Source: Eledone cirrhosa (Eukaryota). Taken from it: a stretch of 64,000 nt of DNA. The position numbers were made by a program, and so were the translations under genes. The stretch spans positions 50,282,001-50,346,000 of the forward strand of contig OZ024740.1 of assembly GCA_964016885.1 (NCBI GenBank). The letters are read 5' to 3'. How positions within the stretch are numbered: position 1 is the stretch's first letter; the number at the start of each line of letters is the position of its first letter. Positions 37,794-50,645 of the stretch are shown one piece after another. The notes under the pieces are model-generated. The model was given only the letters and a program-made list of their open reading frames with translations, was not told where the DNA came from and made no database searches.

Positions 37794-38768
37794 ACTAGTA
37801 CTTAGTTTATCAGTCTCTGGAAGAATGACAAGTAGGATTTGAATTTAGAACAATGAGGCACAGACTAAAATACATTCCACTTCGTTGGACATCTTCACTA
37901 TTCTAGAAATAATGTCAAAATAATGGTTTCTGATATAGACACAAGGCCAGAAATTTTGGGGGGAGGGAAAAGTCGGTTAAATTGACCCCAGTGCATGTCT
38001 GGTACTTTATTTTATCGCGGGATTTGAACTCAAAATAAGACTATATTTTCACTTTTACTGTCTATTTTATTATCTTTTTTGTGCTTGAAGAATTTAAATA
38101 TTTATAATAAATATATTGTGATCCATTTTTGTTATTCATTAAAAGCAGTAAATTCAACTTTTTCCCTTAACAAATATTCTAACTTTTGACACAGAAAATA
38201 GGCAGAGAGAGAGAGAGAGAGAGAAAGAGAGAGGGGGCACTGAATAAAGAAATATAGGCACAAAAAGAACATAAGGCTTCAATTGCACCGCATAATACAT
38301 GCCACAAAAATATTTTGGCTACAAATAAGGAAGTCAGAATGAGTGTCTATAGCGAACCATACAGTAGCTTATTCAATATCAGTTGTATATCTGCCTTGAT
38401 AAATTAGTTTATAAATAATAATACATATCACAAGTATTATTATTATTATTATTATTATTTCAATTAAAAGGAAAAAATAAAATTGTCAAATGAGAAATAA
38501 TTTTATTACATTTTTTCTTTGTTTCTTTCTTTCTTATTAAAAAGATTTTTTTTTTTTTCAAAAATGAGAAACCATTCTTAAAATGTTTGAAGTCGTTTGG
38601 AAGCCATTCCTGGAATGTATATTTTCCAAAAAGATGCAGACACAAATGTAACTAACAGAATACATACATATACACACAATGTGTATGTGTGTGAACATTT
38701 ATATATACATATACACACACAAATATATATCATCATCATCGTTTAACGTCTATCTTCCACGCTAGCAT

Positions 38769-38818
<50 letters not shown>

Positions 38819-39135
38819 CCAAGAGTTTCCAAAGAATGGATCAAGGAAAAAAAGCGCTTAATATAATGTACAGAGCCAAAGTCTATTATATAAGCAAGTT
38901 CTCAACAAAAATGCATGCTATGGTTTCAAGCTTAGGTAGCATGCATTTGTGTTGAGTTTTTATTTATATATATATATATATATCGGTATGTAGTTGATGA
39001 CTGAGAAAAAGGAGTACTCAATACCGAAGTAGAGTTCAAGTTCATTTCATTAAGGTTAAATAGTGAGTCTTGTTACTCTGAAGTAACAAGACTTATTATT
39101 TAGCCTTAATAAAATGAATGAAAATATATATATAT

Positions 39136-39460
39136 ATATTGAAAGAGTGAAGAATAACATGGTCAACAGTACAAAAAAGGGGGTTTTATTTACAGTCTTA
39201 ATAATTGTTTCACTGATTAAGTTGTCTAAAAATTACTGAACACTTGAAGCTGTGCCACTCAATTTTAAATACGTTGTTAGCTTAACCAGATCATCAGAAG
39301 AACTGAGTTCTTCTGATGATTGAGTGGCACAGCTTCAAGTGTTCAGCAATTTTTAGACAACTTAATCAGTGAAACAATTGTTAAGACTGTAAATAAAACC
39401 CCCTTTTTTGTACTGTTGACCATGTTATTCTTCACTCTTTCAATATTATTACTCCAAGAT
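39136..39460 (+). mobile_element. Fold-back element (~128-bp arms) with hammerhead-like motif, Penelope-like
   Basis: 39136-39263 is the inverse of 39319-39446; CTGATGA...GAAACAATTGTT. Confidence 0.65.
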
Positions 39461-40349
39461 AAACTTACATAGGAATGCAAGAGAACTCATAAACTCACCA
39501 CTCTTGTTGAGTGAAACAACGCTGTACGCTAAAACTATCCACAATATGAAGTATTCACAACCTCTAACTGGATTACATATAACGATATTTTGTTATCCCT
39601 TATATATATACATACACACACACATATACTCATTGGTTATTTCATCTTTTTTGCAAATAATTTATTCATTATTTTATATTAGCTTCCATTTGAAACTTTG
39701 AATCTAATTATATTTTCCAAATCACGTATGTATGTATAGAAATGAAAGTAACTGTGTATGAGTCAATATATGTGTTTAAATAAACAACTGTAAATTTTTG
39801 TGTTGGAGTTGGGAACCTTTTTGTGAGTGAAATTCAGATATCATGAGTGTATTTTCTTTGCTGAATGGGTAAGCTTAATGGTTGATTTAATCCTGAAGTT
39901 TTATATATGGCATTGAAAAACAATATCAATAGATGCAATATAGAGAAGTCTGTTTAACTGTTTAAATAACAAACTGCCTTTGGATCTACAATAGAAAGCT
40001 GTTTGTTTTAAAATGTTTATATTTATCTAAAAAAACTTTGTAATTTTATGTAAGAACTTTTGTTATGTTCCAAACACCAACTTAAGAGAAAGTTAGTTAT
40101 ATTATTAAATTCATCCAAATTATTAATTATCTTTAAATGATTGGAACATTATAGGTAGTGTCTTTCATTAGAAATATGGTAATGAAAGGGTTAAATTTTA
40201 TTTGACTGAGTAATTTGAACAATTTAATATTAGTTCAATATAACTTAACAATAGTTTAAAGTCTTTCTTGAAATTCTGGCTATAGATGAAACATAATCCT
40301 ACTTCATTATTTGTTGATAGACTATATTTATACATTATATGATTTAAAC

Positions 40350-40545
40350 CAGGCATGTCAAACTGAGGGTCCTCCAAGGGCTACATATGTGTTGTCTGAG
40401 GGCCACACATGACAACTAATTGCACACATTACAACTAATTTTCTGAAGAAAAAACATGCTCGCATTTTAAAAACCTTTGTGTGGGCCACAGGTGTTCTTA
40501 GAAAGGGCTGCATGCGGCCCGCAAGCCGCACGTTTCACATGCCTG
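40350..40545. mobile_element. hAT-type MITE
   Basis: TIRs CAGGCATGTCAAAC / GTTTCACATGCCTG; degenerate 8-bp TSD ATTTAAAC/ATGTAAAT. Confidence 0.7.
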
Positions 40546-40619
40546 ATGTAAATAATTTAATGAAGAATTTCTTTTTTAATCAACATGCATGCAGACTTCA
40601 TTTTGTTGTAAGCATTCAG

Positions 40620-40821
40620 ACCAAACCCATTTCCCTTCTCCCTCCTCACCAAGCATTTGAAACAGACTCCTGCCCATGATTTTCCCACACACATTACTCA
40701 GATGTTCAAACTGGACATTGGTCACATCAGTCTCAACAAGATGGGAGAGCTTGTAATGGTCATGGACACTGGCCCACCTCCTATTCCTCTTCCTCTGACT
40801 AAATCACAAACACAAAAATAA
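40620..40821 (+). CDS. Putative terminal coding exon of the unknown plus-strand gene (PNPFPFSLL...DTGPPPIPLPLTKSQTQK*)
   Basis: ttcag acceptor is phase-compatible with exon 34036-34218; open to TAA; AATAAA near 40905. Confidence 0.35.
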
Positions 40822-41562
40822 ACAAAAACAAAAAACATAAGAAATTTGAATTTTGAGACTGGACTATAAACAAAGATAGAATTGGTTAGAACAATCAGGA
40901 TGTTAATAAATATAAATCAAAGATATTTTCAAAAGGAACAATTATCTCTTATACAAGTATCGGATCTGTTAAAAATGAAAAAGTTTAAAACAGTGAACCA
41001 CGGTGCCACTTTAGATTAGTACAGATGTAACTACCATTCTACTTGACTAATAAGAAAAAGAAAAAGAAAAAGTAGTAGTAGTAGTAGTCTAAAGGAAATT
41101 CACTTTTGTAAAAGATGAATAATGTATCTTCCAGGCTATTGCATATATCTCCAAACTATTGCATATATCTCCAAACAGAAATAGTGACAACTCTTCTTCA
41201 GTTGAGAGAGAGAGAGAGAGATTCCTATTCTTTCAACTTAACCACAATGTCTCAGTAAAGCTTGTGCAAGCTAAGCTTCATCATAGAAGCATCAAATTGC
41301 TATGAATTTGGTTTATACATATATATTGGTTATGATGATGATGGAGGATAAGGTGGGGAAGAAAGAAAGAGGGATGGAAAAGAAAAACAGAAGAAAAATG
41401 ATAGGAAGAGAGAGTAAAGAAGCAAGGAAAAGAAATGAAAGAAAGGGTGTTTGAGAGGTAAAAGGGAGGAAGAGGGAGTGAATGAGAGAGAAAAGGGAAG
41501 AAGGTGCGAAGAGAGCAGAGATGGATTGAAGTAGGAATATTCATAAACATAATTTATATATA

Positions 41563-41657
41563 CAGGGTGTCCCCAAAAAATGTATACACTTTGATTACCT
41601 GTACAGGCAATATTTATTAGACTGTTGATGTGTGTATACATTTTTGGGGACACCCTG
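41563..41657. mobile_element. Tc1/mariner-type MITE (~95 bp)
   Basis: TA-CAGGGTGTCCCCAAAAA..TGTATACAC / GTGTATACATTTTTGGGGACACCCTG-TA. Confidence 0.85.
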
Positions 41658-43677
41658 TATATGAGAGAGAAAGAGAGAGAGACCGAATCAACAGCAATTC
41701 AGTACTTCTCTAATGGCCATGTTGTAAGAATATGTATAAATTCATCTATACAATATTTTACAATAAATATTAAGTTCTTCCGCATTTAGGAGCTACTATA
41801 ATCAGCAGATCAGAACCCTCTCTCTCTCTCTCTGTGTATGTATTATTTATATATATATATATTTATTATAGTTGCAACAGTAAACAAAAAACAATGTGGA
41901 AGCGAAGAGGCAGTACAAATGTTAATATTAGTTTCACGCATGAGGCACATACACGTGTACATACGTACCTATGTATGTGTGTATCATTGGAAACAGTAAA
42001 TATAGCTTATATATTGAGAGGAATAAAAATACTTTGTGTGTTTTACTGAGAAAACAAGAAAACTTTACATCCTGATGAAAGCCAGTGAAACAAACTTTGA
42101 TGAAAGAATTACGTGGTGCTTACGGAGTGAGAGGATTTTTAACTAATTTCAATTGTGTAAAATTAAAATATGTGTTTACTAATCCCAAACTTTAATAGCT
42201 TGTTGACATTGACCATACACTGCATTACTGGAAATTAGTTTTAGAAATGATTGTTTAATTATGAAATATAGTTTAATTATGAAAACCGTATTAAAGAAAC
42301 TAAGGTAAAAACTGAAACTGAAGTGAAAATGATAAATTTATATATATCATCATCATCATCATATATATATATAACATCATCATCATCGTTTAACGTCCAT
42401 TTTTCACGCTAGCATGGGTCTGGAATATTAAATTTAAATGAAAAAAACTCTATTTATGAAAGTATAAGCCAGACAGACCCCAAAAAATTTTAGTCTCTCT
42501 CACTTATATATCTATCTCCCTACCATGGTTTCATTTGTGGACGAAGCAAGTATTAGAAAAGACCAATATTTGAAAAATTCATGAATTCATCAGGAAAGTA
42601 TTCTTCAATTTAAAGAGACCATATATATCATGAAATTCTACATATCAGTTGCCGATCCAGCTTGCTGTACAAAAACACGTGTAATTGAACCATTACATGA
42701 ATACATGTCTCTTATGCAATGAGATGTGACAAATGGTCTCTGTTAATGAGTGTGGTCATTAGGAACACATCAAGATAAGATCAACAAATACACCAGTTAA
42801 CAGCAACACAATCAATTCCTGTTTTAGGAATGTTATTTCATGAGTAAGCTAAAACAACTCAGATAATTTACAAAAGCAAAATGCAATAACTTGGCAAGGG
42901 TAGTGAAATAATTCTTATTAAATTTCCAGATATTAGAGAAAAAAAACCTTTGAGACGATTTTATAATGAAGCATACATTGCAAATAATAACTGTAATTAT
43001 CAATATAATTAATTACATACAATATATGAAAAAATATATATACGAGTTACTTTTCTCAAATACGCCCAGGCTAAAAATATAAGCAACTTCTCGGAGACAT
43101 CATAACACATTTTTCCACACAGACTAAGTACACATTTCTTACAAGCTTTAAAGAAATTATTCATGGAAAAAAACACAAACAATTATAAACAACTTTCTCA
43201 CTATTCAATAATCATCAGAACAAGACAATTGTTTGTTCATGATACAAACAAAATGAACAAATAAACAAGGGAGAGCTAACTATAAATGTGTGTATGGATA
43301 CTTTGTTACTGATTAAACAACAAGTAGGACCATTATTCAACTAAGTACTTCATACTTTATTGAAAATAGAATGTAGAAAGTATTCATTACATGTAAGCAC
43401 TGTACTCAAATTGTTTCAATGACTTGAATAGAAATGATTTAATCTTGACCATGTAACGAACAATATAAATATGCATATGGGTGTGTACATATACATATAT
43501 ATAAACATAGTTTAGCATCATTTGATGATATACATATATAAATACACATACACAACACAGATGCACATATATATAGTATGTGTGTGTAGCAATATGCATA
43601 GGTGTGAAAAGGAAAAAGGAAAACAGTGCTCAATTAGGAAGAGAGCAGAAATATTATATTATTTATTTATGTTCATA

Positions 43678-43865
43678 CACAGAACAAAAGTGGTACCTAA
43701 GGTTTCAAGGCCAAAATTTGACCATACCTCCAGAATATAAGAAGCATCAAAATAGTGACCTTTCTCCAGGTGCTAAAAGAGAGGTCACTATTTTGATGCC
43801 TCTTGTATTCTTGAGGTATGGTCAAATTTGGGCCTTGAAAACTTGGGGAGCACCTTTGTTCTGAG
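43678..43865. mobile_element. Palindromic MITE, TA-flanked
   Basis: ~85-bp imperfect inverted arms around a short spacer. Confidence 0.75.
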
Positions 43866-44421
43866 TACAAACAAAAATAAATAAATAATATAATATATAT
43901 AGACATATTCATACACACGCAGACATATATATATACACACACACACACAGATGAATTATAGTAGGCGAAGCTGAAATGATAGCCTGGTTACGTTAGGAGA
44001 AAAATTGTTTTTCTTCTTTTGTTTTTCTTTCTTATTTTCTTGAAGATGTTATATTTTTACCTTTTACTTATATTCAGTTGTTGTGGGGAGAGGAAACGGT
44101 CCTAGTTAAGTGATGTAGAGAATGGTTTGTAAAAATAGCAGATGCAGACACCAAATTAAACTATAAACAGGTAATAAAGAATTGCTTTGATTCCAGAAAC
44201 TGTGCCAATCATATTTCATAAAATTAGCTCAAATATTTCTTAAAATTGCAGGTGATCAGGGTGGAATTTTTCTCCTGAATGTCTATTATGCCAGTTTATA
44301 TATACACGTACAAATACGTACGCATACATACACACACACACGTGTGTATATACACATACACATATATAGACACATATGTGTGTGTATGTGTGTGTATATA
44401 TATATAATATATATATACACA

Positions 44422-44456
<35 letters not shown>

Positions 44457-45060
44457 TATATATATACATACATACTTACATGACATATATATATATATAT
44501 ATATAAAGAGAGAGAGATTTTCATTGCTTTGTGTGTTGTCTCCGACTGTCTTCCAAATTCATGAAAAATGAGCATCATGACGGTGATTTTTTTCTTCTTT
44601 GTTATTTAATGTAGATTTTGTTGTTTTTTGTTTTTTTTCAATTATCATTTAAATGGTTAAAAAATATAAATAAAACTTTTATGTGCACATACATCATAGG
44701 GAGAGTTTTCAGTTACATTTGTACAAAAGTGAATATTAATTCCTTGGTTTCTTTTTATTCTGTTTTAGGTCCTTCAGTCTACTGCTATATATAACAAGCT
44801 GTTAATAACAACAGCAACAACAACAGTAGGTTTTCAATACAGAAATAATACCAAAGAATATTTTATGGATGGAAAAGAAATTTTTTTTTGTATTGATTTC
44901 TTTTTTTTTATTTATTATTATCTTTCTTAACATATTTTTTTCTTCTCCTTTCTGCCAGTTCTTTTGGATTTTTCTTCTTCCAACCCCATTCAATGTTTTT
45001 TTTTATATATATTTATATATATGTAAATTACCCTAACATCTCACTTATGTCCTTTGTTAA

Positions 45061-45198
45061 TTAATCATCCAAGCGATTTTTAGATTTGCTCATTCGTTTA
45101 TGATAATTCTGAGCCATTGAATTGATGATAGAAAGCATGAAATATGCAACCATAACTAATACAGCTTTCTCAAATATGTATGATAATGGATTAGTGCC
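45061..45198 (-). CDS. VMP1: Vacuole membrane protein 1, last coding exon
   Basis: [35 protein letters not shown] matches the VMP1 C-terminus; ttttcag acceptor. Confidence 0.95.
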   Translation of the reverse strand, partial: GTNPLSYIFEKAVLVMVAYFMLSIINSMAQNYHKRMSKSKNRLDD

Positions 45199-45348
45199 CT
45201 GAAAAGAAGAAAATAATAATGATGATGATTTCAAATACAGGCACAAATTTTAGAGGGTAAAAAGGAACAATCAATTAAAGTGGTCTCTTGTACATAAATG
45301 GTACATTGGAATTGAAATAGAGGCTTCACCGAAGCATTTTGACTAAAA

Positions 45349-45530
45349 AATTGTTTCTACTTTTGGCACAAGGCCAGCAATTACCCCAGTCCATTATTGG
45401 TGCTTTATTTTATCGACCCTGTAAGGATGAAAGGCAACGCTAGCCTCGGCAGGATTTGAACTAACGTAAAGGGCTGTAACACGATGCTGCAAAGCATGGT
45501 GCCTGACGCTCTACCGATAATGCCAATCTA
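45349..45530 (-). mobile_element. tRNA-SINE copy
   Basis: Same family as 20353. Confidence 0.8.
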
Positions 45531-45548
45531 TAGTCTAATAATGGGGCG

Positions 45549-45606
45549 TATAAAGCTACTGAACGACTCAATAATACGACTCAAATTTGGCCTTAATAAA
45601 GAATGA

Positions 45607-45665
<59 letters not shown>

Positions 45666-45923
45666 AACGAGTAGGACCCCGACGGCTGAGCTCAAGCCGT
45701 TTCGACGGCTAATTCTGGACGGCTAATTTTCGTCGAAACGGCTTGAGCTCAGCCGTCGGGGGTCCTACTCGTTCCTATTACCCACTCTACTACCCTAAGT
45801 ATTGAGTGCTTTGGTGCGTTATGGTCCACCTGGTTCCTTACCACATTTCCTTCGTTATATATATATATAGATATATTCTTTATTAAGCCCAAATTTGAGT
45901 CATATTATTGAGTCGTTCAGTAG

Positions 45924-45930
<7 letters not shown>
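45549..45930. repeat. Nested inverted repeats: ~55-bp outer arms enclosing an inner fold-back element 45661-45857
   Basis: 45549-45604 vs 45876-45930; 45661-45707 vs 45731-45778. Confidence 0.85.
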
Positions 45931-45970
<40 letters not shown>

Positions 45971-46530
45971 ATCTTTACCAACAACTAACATGTTGCCTAT
46001 CACTGTCTCTCTTCTATTGCTCACATCCCCATTCCTTACACCTATCTTACCCTTATCACTCTGTTTATCCAATCATACTCATATTCTTTCTTCTTCTGCA
46101 CTTTTTTCTTGGTTTATTCTTTCATCACCTTATTCTATCCACTCACTTGGCTATGTTCCACTAGACTGAACAAAGGCAACAAAGTAGAGAGGAATCTTTA
46201 GTCTTATAAAAGACAAAGTAACTGGCCTAGAGATGGGGCCACAATAAAATGTACCCAGTAGTTGGTGAAAGAACAGAGGTGATGTTAGGTAGAGAGAATT
46301 CATTAATCATGTCAAGAATATAACAACTTCTCTTTTGCTGGTGACATGATAAAATTCACCTAGTACACTTTATAATGTGGTTGGCATCCAGAAAGGCATC
46401 TAACTGTACAAAACATGCCATAATTGGAATATATGAGTGAGACATGGTTATGTAGCTAGGAAGATAGGGTGGAGGAATAACTCCAAATAAGAACTGGCTT
46501 TGATTGTGAGAACCAAGCATAGAAAGTGAA

Positions 46531-46870
46531 CATCATCATCATCATTTTACGTCCGCTTTTCCCTACTTGCAAGGGTGGGGCGGGAACTGATTCTGGCTTG
46601 ATTTCTACAGCTGGATGCCCTTCCTAACACCAACCTCATTTACAGTGAGTGCTGGGTGCTTTTATTTTTGCCGTGGCACCTCCACGACCACTTTGCAGTG
46701 GAATGATACGGACCCCAGTCCTATCATCTCATTTCTACAGCTGAGTAAACTGGAGCAATGTGAAATAAAGTGTCTTGCTCAAGGAAACAACACATCACCC
46801 GGTCTGAGAATTGAACTCACAACCTTTTGATTGCAAGGCCAATGCTCTAACCACTAAGCCATGTGCCTCC
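46531..46870 (-). mobile_element. Composite SINE (tRNA head plus RTE-like 3' tail, (GAT)n)
   Basis: Closely matches the inverse of 62713-63110, which is ~60 bp longer. Confidence 0.8.
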
Positions 46871-47579
46871 ATATGATGATAATGATATAATGTGTTTCAA
46901 TACAGTTTCATCTACCAAATTCCCTTCATGAGTCATTGGTTAACCTGAAAATACATGGTTGTGAAGAGACCTTATCCCTAGAGCCATACCTGCATCTATA
47001 TATGGATATATAAAAACAGATCAACCTGGCAAGTTCTAACTATAGTTATAAAAGGACTTGAAGGGAAATTAGCAGATAATATTGCTAAGAATGTAGAACA
47101 AGTGAATCCAAACACTTAGTTTACACAATATTGTACTGGAAAACAAGAAATTTAAGCTACCATTCTGAGCATATTTAAATAAATGGCTATATAGTGCAAT
47201 CTTAGAGATGATAATAATTTAATAGTAGTTACAGTATGTGCTTAGTCTAGTGTTGACAATTTAAAGTTGAATCAAGATAGTCCACTGATGTATTAAGTTT
47301 TATAGAGCTGGATTGTTTTCAGTCTAATATTACCAAATAGGTAGGAAAGGAACCCTCATAAATATGCCGAAATAACACACATTTCCCTTTATCTTTATCA
47401 CACCCAATTATCTTTAAGAAAAGGGATAGACGCATCAGATAAAGTAGTGCTAGATATTCTCAAAAAGACAGGATGATCATACCTGGAATGCCTTTATCCT
47501 AACTTTACTGGATAAGGTTTGAGAAAAGATTCAACAAGAAAACTTATAAATAATTCCAGTTTAAATTCAGAAAACTTAC

Positions 47580-47679
47580 TTGACTAACACGAGGATCTGG
47601 ATTATGTAATTTATTCTTTTGTTGCTCCAGCCATTTCATAAAAGGTGCCTGTGTATAAGGACCAATAAATGGAATAAAC
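47580..47679 (-). CDS. VMP1: VMP1 coding exon
   Basis: FIPFIGPYTQAPFMKWLEQQKNKLH..SQ; AG/GTAAGT; 100 nt. Confidence 0.93.
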
Positions 47680-48069
47680 CTACAGATAAAATAATAAAGA
47701 AAAAAAATTAGATAAATAAAATCGATATCAGCAGAAATACACATACATATAGATATAATTATATATATATATATACATACTTGTCTCAGTCGAGTATATA
47801 TGCTAAGAGAAGTATATATATATACATATATATACACATACTTGTCTCAGTTGAGTATATATGCTAAGTATATATATATATATATACATACAATAATATT
47901 AAATAAATGGAAACTATATTTATAAAACCATATTTATTCTATTATATATATTTCAAGGGTACCAAAACTTTGGTACGCTCTCTTCAGATAAATACAAAGT
48001 TTGTTTTATAAATATTGACATAACCAGGAATAGGATCTTAATGGTTCAAGTTATTCCAGGAATAACTTA

Positions 48070-48782
48070 TAATAATAATAATAATAATAATGAAATTATT
48101 GTGTACAGTGCTCAGGTGCACTACAACTCATCAAAGGTGCATGTATAGTACATAGAATAATGTACAAATGTCAGGAAAATGAACAGTGTATGTGTCATGA
48201 TATAATAATAACAATAATGAAATATTGTGTACAGTGCCCAGGTGCACCACAACTCATCAAAAAAGTGCATGTACAGTACATAGGGCAATGCACAAACATC
48301 AGTAAAATGAACAGTGCACGAGTCATGATACACACATGTGTGCATGTGTATGGAAGGGGTACATCAGGTGTAGTTTTGGCGTATTTCGGGAAGCATGAGT
48401 GTCTTAAAGGATGCAGTGTCTTGACAGCTAACAACTGACGCAGGCAGTTTGTTCCATGCTTCAGCAACTCTGAGCGTGAAAAAATGTCTACGAAAGTCAT
48501 GGGAGCTGTGCTGTTTTCTGATCTTGTAGGCATGTCCACGTGTGTTAGACACATGGAGATCAAAGAGGTGCTCAGGGTTGCAATTGGCGAGATGGTTAAA
48601 AACTTTGTGGGTATTCACCAAGTCCATTGCCAGACGTCGGAGCTTCAATGAATCCATGCCCAGGGAGGCAAGGCGTTCAGAGTATGGTAGGTGTCTGATG
48701 GAGGGTATGCGCTTGGTTGCACGTCTCTGAACAGTTTCCAGGAGGTCAATGTTCTGAGCAAGATAGGGGTTCCAGACTGCCG
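48070..48782 (-). mobile_element. 5'-truncated CR1-clade LINE with (ATT)n tail and duplicated 3'UTR block
   Basis: VWNPY..LETVQRRATK..YSERL..TRGH..FFTLRVAEAWNKLP. Confidence 0.88.
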
Positions 48783-48830
48783 TTAAGATCCTATTCCTGG
48801 TTATGTCACTATTTATAAAACAAACTTTGT

Positions 48831-48889
48831 ATTTTATCTGAAGAGAGCGTACCAAAGTTTTGGTACCCTTGAAATATATATAATAGAAT
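48831..48889 (+). ncRNA. Minimal type-I hammerhead ribozyme (mirror copy 47936-47993, minus strand)
   Basis: Helix I ATTTTAT/ATAGAAT; CTGAAGA; ~10-bp helix II; GAAA; palindromic helix III TATATA; AUA cleavage triplet. Confidence 0.65.
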
Positions 48890-49043
48890 AAATATGGTTT
48901 TATAAATATAGTTTCCATTTATTTAATATTATTTAATATCATTGAATATTATACTCCAGAAAATCTGTTGAGTGCTTTGAATCAGTTATAAACATTTATA
49001 TTTGTTGAATTACCAACAAATTAAATATCCCTTTTGCCTATCT

Positions 49044-49520
49044 ACAGGGTGCGGACAATATTTGTTCGCAAGATTACTGTCTAGGAAAAAGTAACACAGT
49101 AGTTTTATTTTTTAAGATATATTTATCAAACTTGGGTCAGTTTGTCTTCATAACTTGTTCTTTCGATCTCACTCGATAAACCCACCATTGGCTTTGATGA
49201 CAGCCTCAAAACGGCCTCGGAACCGGCTACAGGCCTTCGTCACTGTCCCCCGACTTAGGCCCCTAAAGGCACTTGTGATCCTGGCATTCAGATCGTCTTT
49301 CGTATTGCAGCTAGATCTGTTGGTGTCTCGTTCCACTGCGCCCCACACAAAGAAGTCGAGGGGGTTGCAGTCAGGCGAGCTGGGAGGTCAGATGTCAGGT
49401 GAAGTGTGGTCGATGAAGTTCTGACAGCCAGGCTTGGGTCTTTCAGCTGGTATGGCAGGGTGCTGAGTCTTGCTGCCACACATACGGCCTACCTACAGCT
49501 ACCTGGTCGATCCAGGGCTT
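49044..49520 (-). mobile_element. maT/DD37D Tc1-mariner transposase 3' relic with one TIR (TA-CAGGGTG)
   Basis: Reconstructed WQQDSAPCH...PPSSPDCNPLDFFVWG..KANGGFIE*; ~37 aa between the last two Asp after repairing a frameshift. Confidence 0.75.
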
Positions 49521-50107
49521 TACTACCTCACTCAGAACGCGAATGTAGCCAGAGTAGTATATTATATTGTATTGAGAATTGAAATTTCACAAACCACTAC
49601 TTAGAGTTTTGCTTCTAATCTTAAGTATCAGAAACAAGGTTTATAGAATAACAACTTGTAAAATTCCGGCTTCCAGTAAAATATAATGCATGCATGTGAG
49701 TGTAATAGGCTTCTGCACAATTTCACTCACAAAGCAATAGTCAGTCTGAGGGTAAGGTAGAAGACACTTGCCCATGGTGTTGTACAGTAGGAACTAGAAC
49801 CACATGATTACAAAATATGCTTCTTAATTTTGTCATGCCTGAACCCATGACAAATGTAAGCAAGTGATGAATCTGGAGAAGGGTGGGTCTAGTCCATGCT
49901 TGCAACAGAGTGAATTCTGCTAAAAGAACTCAAGGATTATATAGTGGTATTATACTGGGTAGGAGGGTAGGCCTACCATATTACTGGTTATATAGATCAA
50001 CAGATTTATATTTATCCTATTAAAATACAGAATTTATTTGTATGGAATGATGGTAAGGATTTTCAAAAAACATAAAAGAAAAATCAATTTGTGACTATTC
50101 CACTCAC

Positions 50108-50169
50108 TTCATGACTTTTATGGCTTGGTCCATGTGATGTTCACTAAACAAGAAAATAACAAAAAGTTT
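50108..50169 (-). CDS. VMP1: VMP1 coding exon
   Basis: KLFVIFLFSEHHMDQAIKVMK; 62 nt; ctttcag / GTGAGT. Confidence 0.92.
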
Positions 50170-50611
50170 CTGAAAGAAAGAAAAGAGAAATGGTAATGGT
50201 TAACAAATAAAACATATAAGGTCAGAACTTCCTCAGTTAATATTGTTTTGGACATTGCTACGTGCATTATTACCTGAAATTTTCATGTAAGGTATACATA
50301 GAATTTTGGCTTCCCTGCAAAATGTAAACAATTTATTTTATCTCTCTGTATGCAGAAACATTTGGATTGCCTTATTTGGAGATTCATCAGAATACAAGTA
50401 ATCATCTTCTATGCCCACAAAGAGATTTATAGCTTAACTGATTAATGTTGTGAGGCATATCTATAATTTTAACCTCTCTGTGAAATGTGGACATGTTTAA
50501 ATCAAATTTATCTCTTCTTGAGCAGATTGCCCTGCAGGAGAAATAGGTACATAATTTATGTTAAATTTTCAAATAGAGACACAAAACTAGTTATACACAC
50601 CCTAAGTCATT

Positions 50612-50644
<33 letters not shown>

Positions 50645-50645
<1 letters not shown>

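Larger units (their letters stand above)
47892..48975. mobile_element. Fold-back element (~150-bp arms, a hammerhead in each arm) split by a CR1 insertion
   Basis: 47892-48041 is the inverse of 48783-48933. Confidence 0.75.

Noticed and set aside
40576-40798. Minus-strand 73-codon frame with a good acceptor as an alternative VMP1 last exon
   Set aside because: No VMP1 similarity; likely the shadow of the plus-strand frame, though not excluded
42400-45060. miR-21-like hairpin downstream of VMP1 as in vertebrates
   Set aside because: No miR-21 sequence seen; the only long hairpin (43678-43865) is a TA-flanked MITE
48364-48918. 184-aa ORF as a host gene
   Set aside because: Chance fusion of a fold-back arm with the CR1 RT C-terminus
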